A stretch of DNA of 64,000 bases from an uncultured Caldisericales bacterium. GTDB lineage: Bacteria; Caldisericota; Caldisericia; JAAYUI01. The notes beneath the pieces were generated by a model. That model did no database searches, was not told the DNA's origin, and saw only the letters and a list, made by a program, of their open reading frames with translations. The position numbers were made by a program, and so were the translations under genes. Positions 10,236 to 20,058 of this stretch are shown here, piece by piece (within the stretch, counting starts at the first letter, position 1; every line of letters starts with the position of its first letter). The stretch lies in the NCBI GenBank assembly GCA_964472265.1, contig CAYYJO010000002.1:2002-66001 (forward strand), given 5' to 3'.

Positions 10236-11678
10236 ATGCATAAGCTTACTTTCATTCTGGCAATAATGGTTATGCTTTCAGGGTGCATCATCCCTCCTCG
10301 TTCAGGCAAATGGGAGTGCTTGTCAGGGACAAAGACTGAATATCTGGTTCCGTCAAACTCAAACATTCACTACAGCAAACAATGGACTTACGGCAATTGG
10401 AAGCCCGTCTCAATCGTCGGGGATCTCGAAGCCTCAAAGCAGCTCCAGAACTGCAAGATAAATGACAGACAAGTAAAAAGAACTGCCGGATCATGGATTT
10501 ATGCAAGTGACCCAAAATTCTCCTGGAACAATCCGCCAATTTTTAAATCCGAAACTCCAAAACCAGCTCCAGGCTCAACCATCCCCCCGGAACCACCAGA
10601 TGCAATCTACCCATCCATTTACAGACATTTCTTCAATGCCGACGAGATTTCTTCCGGTACACTCTACGTAAGCGTTGTCGGTTCAGTGGATGTTTATATG
10701 GATCCACCAGTTGGGACGGCACTGATCAATAATCCAAAGATAATGTCAAAATGCTATCTTGGCCGATCAAACTCACTCAATCAGATGGCGATTGCTTTAG
10801 AAAAAATCTACCCTGGAACGCACTGCCTATACTTTGTCCACAAGGCAAACAACAACATCACTTTCTTCGGTCTAAAATACAATCTCGAACTTGCCGAAAC
10901 CGTCTCCCAGACCAGCGACTGCCTTTGGCCAATCATGTCGGGTGGGTCACATTATACTGTCAGCAATGGCTCAACTGAGTTTCTGGAAACGGAAAATGAC
11001 TGGAACAACAAAAACGACAAGAGATACCCGAAAGGTATGACACCTGCAGGAACACCCTTTGGTGGTGAGTGGATTTACGGAGTGTGGTCGCCTGTTTCGA
11101 TCATTCCATGGACGGCTGCAGACAATTATTGGGGTGGTGCCGTTGGCGGGAAACCCTGGTTAAAACAGATGGATCAAGGAGCTTGCTGGATTACCCACAA
11201 ACCTCATTTCATTCCAGGTGACCCAACCTGGGGTCGTGAAATCACATGGACGAACGTCCCAACAGGTTATACAAGCATATACAGACACACCTTCTCGGTG
11301 GACAAGGAGTCATCGGCAAATCTTTACATCTTCACAAACGACATAGTCGACGTCTATTTCGATCCGGTTGAACCCGAACCTGCACGGTGGATTTCAAACA
11401 CGCTTATCGAGTGGCAGGGACCAAGCCCTCTCCCAATGAATCACCCATGGCAAGATCAGCCCTCATACTACTATGTCGGGAGAGCCGACAAACAAACGCG
11501 AGGCATGAAGATAGATCTATCAAACCTCATAACGCCTGGCACTCATACGCTTTATTTCGTGCACAGGAACTCATCCGAACTCAAACCGCTGCCATCAAAA
11601 GATTATTATGGTCTACTGTTCACACTTTACATGGAATCAGATTCTGACTATCCAGGCACCGTAAAACCAAGAAAATAA
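10236..11678 (+). CDS. Hypothetical Trp-rich lipoprotein with an internal tandem duplication of a ~200-aa domain
   Basis: Signal peptide plus lipobox 'LSGC'. The two halves share motifs: 'WTYGNWKPVSIVGD' and 'WIYGVWSPVSII'; 'SIYRHFFNADEISSGTLYV..VDVYMDP' and 'SIYRHTFSVDKESSANLYI..VDVYFDP'; 'PGTHCLYFVHK' and 'PGTHTLYFVHR'. No known catalytic motif. Confidence 0.6.
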   Translation: MHKLTFILAIMVMLSGCIIPPRSGKWECLSGTKTEYLVPSNSNIHYSKQWTYGNWKPVSIVGDLEASKQLQNCKINDRQVKRTAGSWIYASDPKFSWNNPPIFKSETPKPAPGSTIPPEPPDAIYPSIYRHFFNADEISSGTLYVSVVGSVDVYMDPPVGTALINNPKIMSKCYLGRSNSLNQMAIALEKIYPGTHCLYFVHKANNNITFFGLKYNLELAETVSQTSDCLWPIMSGGSHYTVSNGSTEFLETENDWNNKNDKRYPKGMTPAGTPFGGEWIYGVWSPVSIIPWTAADNYWGGAVGGKPWLKQMDQGACWITHKPHFIPGDPTWGREITWTNVPTGYTSIYRHTFSVDKESSANLYIFTNDIVDVYFDPVEPEPARWISNTLIEWQGPSPLPMNHPWQDQPSYYYVGRADKQTRGMKIDLSNLITPGTHTLYFVHRNSSELKPLPSKDYYGLLFTLYMESDSDYPGTVKPRK

Positions 11679-11762
11679 AAACAACCGGACTTTATAACTT
11701 GCATTCAAGCCTGGAATGTGGCAAAATTCTCCTAATGTTTACATTTCCGGAGGTTTGAGAGC

Positions 11763-13682
11763 ATGAACAAGTATTACGTAACGACGCCAATATACTACAT
11801 CAACGATGACCCGCACATCGGCCACGTCTACACCACCATGGCTGCAGACATCATCGCACGATACAGAAAGAGCTTGGGCGCAGAAGTCATGTTTCTCACC
11901 GGAACAGATGAAAACGCTGTAAAAATTGACCGTGTTGCCAAACAGAAAGGCATGTCCACTCAAGATTTCGTTGATCAGCTTGCAACCAAGTGGAAAGCAT
12001 ACTTCAAGGATTTTGGCCTCGAATTCAACGATTTCATCAGGACAACCGAAGACAGGCACAAGAAAACCGTCGTAGCCATGATCAAGCAACTGTACGATCA
12101 GGGCGATATCTACAAGGGGAAATACGAAGGATGGTACTGCGTTCCTTGCGAAACCTACTTCCTCGAACAGGATTTGAAGGACGGCAACTGCCCGGACTGT
12201 GGCAGACCCGTTGAAAGAATCTCTGAAGAAAACTACTTCTTCGCCCTCTCAAAGTACAAAGAAAAACTCCTCAAATACTACGATGAACACCCGGACTTTG
12301 TGCTCCCGAAATCACGTTACAACGAGATTTACTCAATCCTCAAGGGCGACCTGAGGGACAAGTCATTCACAAGAACCGGGATGGAGTGGGGCATCAAGGT
12401 TCCATTCGATCCTGACCACGTTGTGTACGTCTGGGCCGATGCACTTTGCAATTATCTGACAGCCGTGGGTTACATGGACGACAAGGAAAAGTTCAACAAA
12501 TTTTGGCCAGCAGACGTTCATCTCATAGGAAAAGACATCATCATTTTTCACTGCATCATCTGGCCGGCGATGCTCATGGCTCTTGGTCTCCCACTCCCAA
12601 AGCACATCTTCGCTCACGGCTGGTGGACATCCGAAGGCAAGAAGATGAGCAAATCAATCGGAAATTTTGTGGTTCCTCACCTTGAAGTCGAGAGAATCAT
12701 CCAGTCAACCGGCACATCGAAAGCTCTTGCGCAGGACGCATTCAGGTATTTCCTGTTCAGGGAGCTGCCGTTTGGAGAAGATGGCGACTACTCGAAAACC
12801 AACTTTGAAACCCGCTTCAACGCTGACCTTGCAAACGATCTTGGCAACCTGCTCAACCGATCTTTGAAGATGCTTCAGAAAAACTTCGGTGGAAAGGTGC
12901 CTGAAGGCAAAACGCTGCCTGACCTTGAAGCCAAATTCAATGAGACGTTGTCACTGTTCCGTGAGAAATTTGAAAATTTCCAGTTCTCGCAGGCTCTTGA
13001 AGTACTCTGGGGCTACGTCAATGCGCTCAACACAAGCATCGAAGTCAATAAACCATGGGAACTTGTAAAACAGGGCAAAACTGAGGAACTGGCTAATCTT
13101 CACTACTCGCTCATCGACGGAATCGCCCTCATCTCGGGACTCCTCTACCCGTTCATGCCAAACACCGCTTGTGAGTTGGCAAAGGCAACCGGCCTTGCCA
13201 ACCCGCCATCCATTGACGGACTAAAAAACGGACTTCTGAGACCAGGCACCAAGACTCATGAAACTCCGGTCATGTTCCCAAGAATTGAGAAGAAAGTTCA
13301 AAAAGAGGAGATCAAACCGGCACCGGTTCAGTCAGTTCAGCAACCACATCCCGCAGATGAGTTGATCCCAATTGAGGAGTTCCAAAAATTCAAATTCAGG
13401 ATTGGCAAGGTTTTGACGGCAGAAAAAGTGAAAGACGCCGACAAGCTTTTGAAGCTCACAGTCGACATCGGTACCGAAACCAGAACCGTTGTGGCCGGCA
13501 TCGCCATGTGGTATCAGCCTGAAGACCTGATCGGCAAACTGATTGTGGTTGTGGCAAACCTCAAACCAGCCAAACTTCGCGGCATCATGTCCGAGGGAAT
13601 GCTCATGGCTGCAACCGGTTCCGAGTATGTAGCAATACTTTCACCAGAAAAGCCGGTTGAGCCAGGATCAATTGTCAAATAA
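11763..13682 (+). CDS. metG: Methionine--tRNA ligase with C-terminal EMAPII/Trbp111-like tRNA-binding domain
   Basis: 'HIGH'-type motif 'PHIGHVYT', zinc knuckle 'CVPCETYF..CPDCG', KMSKS 'KMSKS', and a C-terminal 'KFRIGKVLTAEKVKDADKLLKLTVDIG' tRNA-binding domain. Confidence 0.9.
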   Translation: MNKYYVTTPIYYINDDPHIGHVYTTMAADIIARYRKSLGAEVMFLTGTDENAVKIDRVAKQKGMSTQDFVDQLATKWKAYFKDFGLEFNDFIRTTEDRHKKTVVAMIKQLYDQGDIYKGKYEGWYCVPCETYFLEQDLKDGNCPDCGRPVERISEENYFFALSKYKEKLLKYYDEHPDFVLPKSRYNEIYSILKGDLRDKSFTRTGMEWGIKVPFDPDHVVYVWADALCNYLTAVGYMDDKEKFNKFWPADVHLIGKDIIIFHCIIWPAMLMALGLPLPKHIFAHGWWTSEGKKMSKSIGNFVVPHLEVERIIQSTGTSKALAQDAFRYFLFRELPFGEDGDYSKTNFETRFNADLANDLGNLLNRSLKMLQKNFGGKVPEGKTLPDLEAKFNETLSLFREKFENFQFSQALEVLWGYVNALNTSIEVNKPWELVKQGKTEELANLHYSLIDGIALISGLLYPFMPNTACELAKATGLANPPSIDGLKNGLLRPGTKTHETPVMFPRIEKKVQKEEIKPAPVQSVQQPHPADELIPIEEFQKFKFRIGKVLTAEKVKDADKLLKLTVDIGTETRTVVAGIAMWYQPEDLIGKLIVVVANLKPAKLRGIMSEGMLMAATGSEYVAILSPEKPVEPGSIVK

Positions 13683-14446
13683 TGCAAATGTTTGACACAC
13701 ATGCGCATCTCGATCTTGTTGACTACAAAGATGAGAGACCGCTTGTAATAAAACGTTCGTTTGAGCAAGGCATCTGCGGAATTGTCAATGTCGGGTTTGA
13801 TCTTGCTTCGTCTATCAGGTCAATCGAGCTGGCAAGAAACAATGAATTTATCTGGGCTACAGTTGGCATCCACCCTCATGAGGCAAAAACCTGGAACAAC
13901 GACATGGCCGACAAAATAAGGTCTCTTGCCAAAGAAAACAAAGTAGTGGCAATAGGTGAGATCGGGCTTGACTACTACAGGAACCTGTCCGAACCAAGCC
14001 AGCAGATGAAAGCATTTGAAGATCAGCTGGAGTTGGCCAAGGAACTGGACATGCCAATTGTCATTCACAATCGTGATGCTTCCGGCGATGTAGTTCGGAC
14101 GCTTCAGAAACACAAACCAAAAAACGTTCTCCTGCATTGCTTTTCAGCCGATACAATGGTTGCAAGGTGGATTTTTGACCAGGGGTACATGGTTTCTTTC
14201 GGCGGTAGCATAACTTATCCAAGAAACGAATGGGTTTGGGAAGTGGTTCGCATGGCACCTGAAGACAGTTACGTTCTCGAAACCGACTGCCCCTATCTTT
14301 CTCCGGTTCCGCTAAGAGGCAAAAGAAATGAACCGGCATACATCAGACATACGCTTGTAAAAGTTTCTAATCTAAGAGATAAGCTTCCAGAAGAAATAGC
14401 AGTTACAACAACTGCAAACGCGAAGAGATTTTTCAGGATTGCCTGA
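13682..14446 (+). CDS. tatD: TatD family metal-dependent DNase
   Basis: 'MFDTHAHLD' start and 254 aa. The conserved metG-tatD linkage is present, with the start overlapping the metG stop (ATAATG). Confidence 0.85.
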   Translation: MQMFDTHAHLDLVDYKDERPLVIKRSFEQGICGIVNVGFDLASSIRSIELARNNEFIWATVGIHPHEAKTWNNDMADKIRSLAKENKVVAIGEIGLDYYRNLSEPSQQMKAFEDQLELAKELDMPIVIHNRDASGDVVRTLQKHKPKNVLLHCFSADTMVARWIFDQGYMVSFGGSITYPRNEWVWEVVRMAPEDSYVLETDCPYLSPVPLRGKRNEPAYIRHTLVKVSNLRDKLPEEIAVTTTANAKRFFRIA

Positions 14447-16438
14447 TCAATCGCCAGGAATCGTTATTTCAATATTTGGTGTGTTTGGTTTGTATTCGAT
14501 CAATGCACCGAAAACCCAGGCCATGAAATCGATTGGCACACATGTCCTGCTTTCCTTGATTGTTGCAGGATAGAACATGCTCTGGATGGATGGTTTTCCA
14601 TCGCCCAGCTGAATGACGCAGGCTGATTTGCCAATGCTAAAGGTGACTTTGACCTTGCGTTTTTCGTATTCAAGCGTGGTCTTTTTGGTCGCCGAGTCCC
14701 AGGAAACCGAGCAACCGAATGCATCCTCAACAAATCTTACCGGAACCATCGTTACAATTGCCGGAGGAGGCGATTTCCACGGCGCAACCGCAAGTGTGAT
14801 CGGGGCTCCGCTTAGGAATGCTGTTTTGGAACCAACGGTCATAGTTACATAAGTGCTGGGATTTCTTATAATGTTCACACTCACATTGACGTTTGCATTG
14901 CCACCATTTGTATTGATCCTGAGAATGGCATTGTAAGTGTTCGCCTGCTGATTTTTTGCATCGAATGTTACAGTAATTTCCTTGAATTCACCACTGTTGA
15001 GCGTGAATTTACCGGGATCAACCGTTATCCAAGATCTTGATGAAAGAATTTCAACATCAAGCTTTCCGCCACCCTTGTTTTGAATGTCGAATGTCTTTGT
15101 TGTGGTTTTATTAACCGGGAGAGATGTGACGACAATTTCACTAATCTCAAGTCCAAGTTCGGGGGCTGAATCGCCGTTTGCCAGCGAATAAATGAAGCCG
15201 TCATCGGCACCGATGTATACGTTGTTTAGCGCAATGGCAGGTGACGATCTGATTGGATTATCAATGATTTTTGCAGAAAGGGTGGCGCCTGTTGAAAGTC
15301 TTACCACCATCATCTTGCCTTCAGTTGTTGTGAAATAGACGTAATCGCCACCGATTGACGGGGTTGAAACAATGTTCTTTTTTACGTTTGTCGACCAGAC
15401 AAAATCGCCTTTTGCCTCGGTGATGCAGTAAAGTGTTTTTTCTGCGGCGAAGACGATGTTTCCTCTGGCGATTGCTGGCGAAGATTCAATTTTTTTATCG
15501 CCAACATCATATTTCCAAATTGTTGAGCCATCCCTGTCGCTTAGGGCATAGACTGAACCGCTCTCGGTTGTCACAACAACTTTTCCAGCTGAATAAGCGG
15601 GGGAGGAATTGATGGCGCCGTTTAGTTTAACTTGCCATTTGACCGTCGGTTTTTCGCTCTGCTGAACAATGCCCTTGTTTTTGTCATACGGCGGCTTCAT
15701 TTCGATGCAATAGAAGTTTTTTGAGGAGCTCCCGAAGTACAGGCAGTTGCCGTAGAAAGCAGGACTGCTCCTTATAACTCCATCAGTTCCGAGATCGGGA
15801 AGTCTCCATCTGATTGCCGGATCTCTATTTTTCAAATCGAAGCCATAAAGATAGCCATTGCTTGCGCCAACAACTACGATCTGGAAGGTTTCTGAAATTA
15901 CTGGCGAAGTGGTTACCGATGCCGATTGGATCGCAAGGTTGTACCTATGGACAAGCCTGCCAGAATCAGCGTTAAGCACCAAGAGGTTTTGACCCCAGGG
16001 CATATAGATTTTGCCATCAACCGTTGGCGAGATGGTCAGCTTTGCCTTGGGAAAATCAATTGCTCCGTTTGGCCAGGGCTTCTCTCCATTCTCGGTGTAG
16101 TCTGCCAGCCAATTCGACTGGTTTTCAGGGAATTTCCACTGAATCGTGCCGTCTGATGCGTCCAGAGAGTAAAGAACGCCTTTACCTTCGCCTTCAGTGG
16201 CCACAAAGCAATCAGTGCCGTAGATGACAGGTGAAGCCGATATTTCTGATTTGAGGTTCTGCTTCCAGTTGACCTTCATGACAGGGGGCTCAACAAATTG
16301 GTTTGTGGCCGAGGTTCTCATGTAATTGCCCTTAAATGTAAACCAATCGTTGCCAGCGCCCTTTGCAGGCACAGCAAGACTAGTCAACAATGCAATCGCT
16401 AGGGCAATCTCAATCCTCAAGCGGTTGGACCCAGCCAT
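14447..16438 (-). CDS. Secreted PQQ-like beta-propeller repeat protein with Ig-like region and C-terminal CuAO_N-like domain
   Basis: Signal peptide followed by repeated 'LYSLDASDGTIQWKF'-type PQQ/BamB-like blades. The C-terminus reads 'TMTVGSKTAFLSGAPITLAVAPW...MVPVRFVEDAFGCSVSWDSATKKTTL', a CuAO_N-like domain. Confidence 0.65.
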   Translation of the reverse strand: MAGSNRLRIEIALAIALLTSLAVPAKGAGNDWFTFKGNYMRTSATNQFVEPPVMKVNWKQNLKSEISASPVIYGTDCFVATEGEGKGVLYSLDASDGTIQWKFPENQSNWLADYTENGEKPWPNGAIDFPKAKLTISPTVDGKIYMPWGQNLLVLNADSGRLVHRYNLAIQSASVTTSPVISETFQIVVVGASNGYLYGFDLKNRDPAIRWRLPDLGTDGVIRSSPAFYGNCLYFGSSSKNFYCIEMKPPYDKNKGIVQQSEKPTVKWQVKLNGAINSSPAYSAGKVVVTTESGSVYALSDRDGSTIWKYDVGDKKIESSPAIARGNIVFAAEKTLYCITEAKGDFVWSTNVKKNIVSTPSIGGDYVYFTTTEGKMMVVRLSTGATLSAKIIDNPIRSSPAIALNNVYIGADDGFIYSLANGDSAPELGLEISEIVVTSLPVNKTTTKTFDIQNKGGGKLDVEILSSRSWITVDPGKFTLNSGEFKEITVTFDAKNQQANTYNAILRINTNGGNANVNVSVNIIRNPSTYVTMTVGSKTAFLSGAPITLAVAPWKSPPPAIVTMVPVRFVEDAFGCSVSWDSATKKTTLEYEKRKVKVTFSIGKSACVIQLGDGKPSIQSMFYPATIKESRTCVPIDFMAWVFGALIEYKPNTPNIEITIPGD

Positions 16439-17306
16439 TCTCTAAACAAACCTCCGATAGTGTCTGTACGGCCAAATCATACTCTTCCGGCGTAATTCTT
16501 CTGTCCAGACCAACAATTTGGCTGGCATGGTGTGCCGGAAAGTACTGGCTCATTAGAGAAATATACACATCTTTGATATTTTTTGCAATCCATTCAAGAA
16601 CATCGCTTGAACCCGACCTGTTTTCCGGCAACACAAGATGTCTGATCAGAAGGCCTTTTCTTGCGATGCCATCAACAATCTCCAATTGCCCCACCTGACG
16701 ATGCATCTCGAGGACGGCAAGCCTGTTGTTTTCAACATAATTTGGCACACCCGAATTTATTTTCGCCATCTCGTCGTCGCCATACTTCATGTCTGGCATG
16801 TAAATCTGTATTACGCCTTCAAGTAGCCTTAAGACCTCGATTTTTTCGTAGCCTGAGTCGTTAAAGAGAATAGGAATCGTTAACCCGTTTGCTCTGGCGA
16901 TGTTGATGGCATGGGCAATTTGTGGGATATAATGGGTGGGTGTTACAAGATTTATGTTATGGCACTTGCGTTTCTCAAGATTTAACATAATTTTAGCCAA
17001 ATCGGGCACGTCCACCTCATAGCCGTTGTCCAACTGTGAGATCTGGAAATTCTGACAAAATTTGCACGACATTGTACAATGTGAAAAAAATATAGTCCCG
17101 GAGCCGTTTATTCCAGATATCGGAGGTTCTTCGCCATGATGTGGCCCGTTTGAGTTTATCTTGACAGTAGCCCCTGCCCTGCAGTAGCCTTTTTCTCCAT
17201 TCAATCTGTCGGCATGGCACTCTCTGGGGCACAGTCTGCATGGCGACATCATGTCATAGAGCTTTTTGATATTGTCATCCATTTCAGGAATTATCAATTC
17301 TTCCAC
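16410..17306 (-). CDS. Radical SAM protein, PflX-like (putative activating enzyme family, COG1313-like)
   Basis: N-terminal 'CRLCPRECHADRLNGEKGYC' Cys cluster plus the canonical radical-SAM 'CTMSCKFCQN' (CxxxCxxC). Its 3' end overlaps the start of the beta-propeller gene by 29 nt. Confidence 0.75.
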   Translation of the reverse strand: MEELIIPEMDDNIKKLYDMMSPCRLCPRECHADRLNGEKGYCRAGATVKINSNGPHHGEEPPISGINGSGTIFFSHCTMSCKFCQNFQISQLDNGYEVDVPDLAKIMLNLEKRKCHNINLVTPTHYIPQIAHAINIARANGLTIPILFNDSGYEKIEVLRLLEGVIQIYMPDMKYGDDEMAKINSGVPNYVENNRLAVLEMHRQVGQLEIVDGIARKGLLIRHLVLPENRSGSSDVLEWIAKNIKDVYISLMSQYFPAHHASQIVGLDRRITPEEYDLAVQTLSEVCLENGWVQPLED

Positions 17307-17404
17307 GCCTCAATCATAATCAATGGGCGAACCGCAGGCAAGGAAGACAAGGTTGAACCGGAACTGGCCGTTCCAAGTATTAGAGTAAACCCAGGAGGTT
17401 CAAA

Positions 17405-19942
17405 ATGAGAAAAAACATAACCTTCATGATAGCGATAGCGATGCTTCTTACCATTGCACCAATCCATTTTGTCACTCAAACCAGCCAGACGGCATCGGCC
17501 ATGACAGCTGCCACACTCATAGTGACAACCGATCCAGCCGTCTTGACTGCAGGTGTGGTCTCGGAGCTGGCCGGCGATGATCCATTCACGGTCAAGGTGA
17601 CAGATGCTGACGGAAACCCTGTTGACCTCACACTCGGTGGAACCGTGAAAGATGTAGATGTCTGGAACAATCTTTTCAAGGACCCTCACCCCGAAATTCT
17701 ACCGCAATACTATTGGGTCAGAACTGACCTTCACAATGACGATGCAACCGACATTTGCAACAAACGTCTTTTCCCGTCACTTCAGAACCCGATTTCAATC
17801 GATTTCACCCAGGCAAGGGAAGGCATATACAGATTCAAAGGTTTTGTGGCAAACGATGTTGGTGAATTCAAACTCACTGTCTATACTCCAGACCGCAGGC
17901 AGGCAGGCGTTACAACCGTAAAGGTTTCTGCGCCTATCATTGACTACGCAATCTACAACACAGAAGACCCGGAGAAGAGAGTTTTCCACACTCCTGGCGA
18001 TCCTGACTTCATAATGACTGCAGCTGACAACAGAGTCTATCACATCACAACCACTCTCAAGACCGCGGATGGAAAGCTCATTCGTGGATTGGCAACCGGC
18101 GTTCAGACTTGCGACAGCTACACTTCAACAAGACTCACTGTGGCAACAACCATGCTTGGAAACTTCGGCTTCAACCGACCAACTTACGTTGTCGACCAGG
18201 ACTGGGTGACAGGTTCAAACATCTCGTTTGTTGCTGACTGGGGCGAAAGGTACTGGATACAGATCGGCATTGACTACAACAATGATGGCCAGGTCTCACT
18301 AAGCAGCAAGGAAATCTTCGACATCGGCGGCTTCTCGGTAAAGCGCTGGGATGGTTCAATTTGGAACAACACCAACTACCAGACCTTCTACAACACCACC
18401 TGCACGATGTTTGACGATGGAACTTTTGCCAACTACTACCACTTTGACTTCACAGACAAGGAAACCGGATGGGGCATGGGTTGCATCTACAACTCACCAT
18501 ACTCTGGATGTTTCCTGTTCCCTGATCTCAACGATGACGGAATCCTAAACTACAACGACTCTCTCAAGCTCAACAACATGGGGCAGACAGAGTTTTATAT
18601 CTTTGCAAACGATGTGTGCGGAATTACCTGCCTTCTTGGCATCAACCCTTATGGCAATCATGATGTTGCCGGAAGAGCACCAATTGGTGAAAAAGACCCC
18701 CAGGATGTCAGGAAACGCTGGAATGGCGATGGAACCTACAAGCTTGACTTCGATGCATTCGTCTCCTTCTCCACTTCATCTTCTACCACACAGTCATCGG
18801 CAGGCATAAAGGCTACAGTAAACTTTGCACCTGAATTCCTCGAAGTTGGGAAACCGGCTTCGTGCGAAGTAACCGTTGTCACAAAGGACACCGGCAAGCC
18901 GATCGACAAGGCAAAGGTTACTCTTGAAGGTGCGGGCGTGCTTCTAAACGAAAAGACCGACACAAACGGCAAGGCCTATTTCAACTTCATCCCTCAAAAA
19001 GAAGGAGCCATCAAGATAACAATCGATGGCGGGGAGAATTTTGGCAAGGAAACAAAGGAAGTACAGGTGAGAAAAGACTTGATTCCACCAACGCTCACCA
19101 TCGACAACACCCCGCTTCTGACCAAGTATACCCTCGTCAGGATCAGCGGAACCACCGAACCAAACGCAACTGTAAAGGTCAATGACAAACCGGCAATCGT
19201 AACAGACAAGGGTGTCTGGTCGGTAGATGTGGTACTAAAAGAAGGCGAAAACGTAATCAATATCGTGGCAACCGATCCATCTGGAAATCCCACCTCTAAA
19301 ACCTTCACGATCACTGTGGACACAACCCCACCGGCAATCACGTTCGAGCACATCGACAATCTCGTGAACGCAACATCCCTGACCGTCAAAGGTTCAGTCT
19401 CTGAGCCGTGTCAGGTGACAATAGGTGACAAAACCATCAAAACATCGGGCACCTTCTCACTTGAGATTCAAACAGGCTTCGGACCCGGCAAGGTTTCTGC
19501 AACAGCAACCGACGAGGCCGGAAACGAATCATCGGCATCTGCAAGCTGGATCAACTACAGAAGGCGCACAATCCAGATGACTGTAGGTTCAAAAGCGATG
19601 TTGATAGACGGATCAGCCCACGAGCTCGACGTTGAGCCGTTTGTAACCCAGAACACCCTCGTTGTCCCCTTGAGAGCCGTCTCGGAGGCACTCGGAGCGA
19701 CCGTCAACTACGACGCAAAAACAAGATCAATCGACATCCTCCTTGACGACAAACAGGTAATCATGCAGATCAACCTCAAGGTTATGATCGTCAACGGTGA
19801 AAAGGTCAATCTCGCCGTCGCCCCGCTGATAAAAAACGGCCGAACCTTCATCCCTTTCAGGGCAATTGCTGAGGCGTTCGGATGTGACGTCAAGTGGGCA
19901 TCGGAAACAAAAGAAGTTGTGATCACCAGGCTTTGGTACTAG
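17405..19942 (+). CDS. Large secreted surface protein with Ig-like/big domains and two C-terminal CuAO_N-like domains
   Basis: Signal peptide, an 'AGGAGG' RBS, and an 845-aa Thr/Asp/Gly-rich beta-rich body. The C-terminus reads 'MTVGSKAMLIDGSAHELD...LVVPLRAVSEALGATVNYDAKTRSIDI' and '...NGRTFIPFRAIAEAFGCDVKWASETKEVVI'. Confidence 0.65.
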   Translation: MRKNITFMIAIAMLLTIAPIHFVTQTSQTASAMTAATLIVTTDPAVLTAGVVSELAGDDPFTVKVTDADGNPVDLTLGGTVKDVDVWNNLFKDPHPEILPQYYWVRTDLHNDDATDICNKRLFPSLQNPISIDFTQAREGIYRFKGFVANDVGEFKLTVYTPDRRQAGVTTVKVSAPIIDYAIYNTEDPEKRVFHTPGDPDFIMTAADNRVYHITTTLKTADGKLIRGLATGVQTCDSYTSTRLTVATTMLGNFGFNRPTYVVDQDWVTGSNISFVADWGERYWIQIGIDYNNDGQVSLSSKEIFDIGGFSVKRWDGSIWNNTNYQTFYNTTCTMFDDGTFANYYHFDFTDKETGWGMGCIYNSPYSGCFLFPDLNDDGILNYNDSLKLNNMGQTEFYIFANDVCGITCLLGINPYGNHDVAGRAPIGEKDPQDVRKRWNGDGTYKLDFDAFVSFSTSSSTTQSSAGIKATVNFAPEFLEVGKPASCEVTVVTKDTGKPIDKAKVTLEGAGVLLNEKTDTNGKAYFNFIPQKEGAIKITIDGGENFGKETKEVQVRKDLIPPTLTIDNTPLLTKYTLVRISGTTEPNATVKVNDKPAIVTDKGVWSVDVVLKEGENVINIVATDPSGNPTSKTFTITVDTTPPAITFEHIDNLVNATSLTVKGSVSEPCQVTIGDKTIKTSGTFSLEIQTGFGPGKVSATATDEAGNESSASASWINYRRRTIQMTVGSKAMLIDGSAHELDVEPFVTQNTLVVPLRAVSEALGATVNYDAKTRSIDILLDDKQVIMQINLKVMIVNGEKVNLAVAPLIKNGRTFIPFRAIAEAFGCDVKWASETKEVVITRLWY

Positions 19943-19964
19943 TCCTCCTTAAGCCTTGATCAGC

Positions 19965-19997
19965 AAAGCCCGGCGTCTTTGCCGGGCTTTTTCTTTT
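19965..19997 (+). terminator. Rho-independent terminator after the surface-protein gene
   Basis: AAAGCCCGGC-gtcttt-GCCGGGCTTT followed by TTCTTTT. Confidence 0.7.
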
Positions 19998-20058
19998 GCA
20001 GGCCTTTGTGCTTTTGTCAATTGACTAACAGGCACCAATAGATAAAATCATTAACAAT

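Noticed and set aside
16390-16698. Plus-strand 102-aa ORF and other short ORFs (for example 375-572, 2034-2279, 5018-5291) overlapping annotated genes.
   Set aside because: They are fully embedded in or antisense to strongly supported CDSs, and lack RBSs and conserved motifs. Treated as chance ORFs.
17307-17404. Possible promoter or hairpin (GGAAC-tggcc-GTTCC) upstream of the 17405 surface-protein gene.
   Set aside because: The -35/-10 spacing is unconvincing (19 nt) and the stem is only 5 bp. Only the AGGAGG RBS is clear, so it is not reported as a feature.
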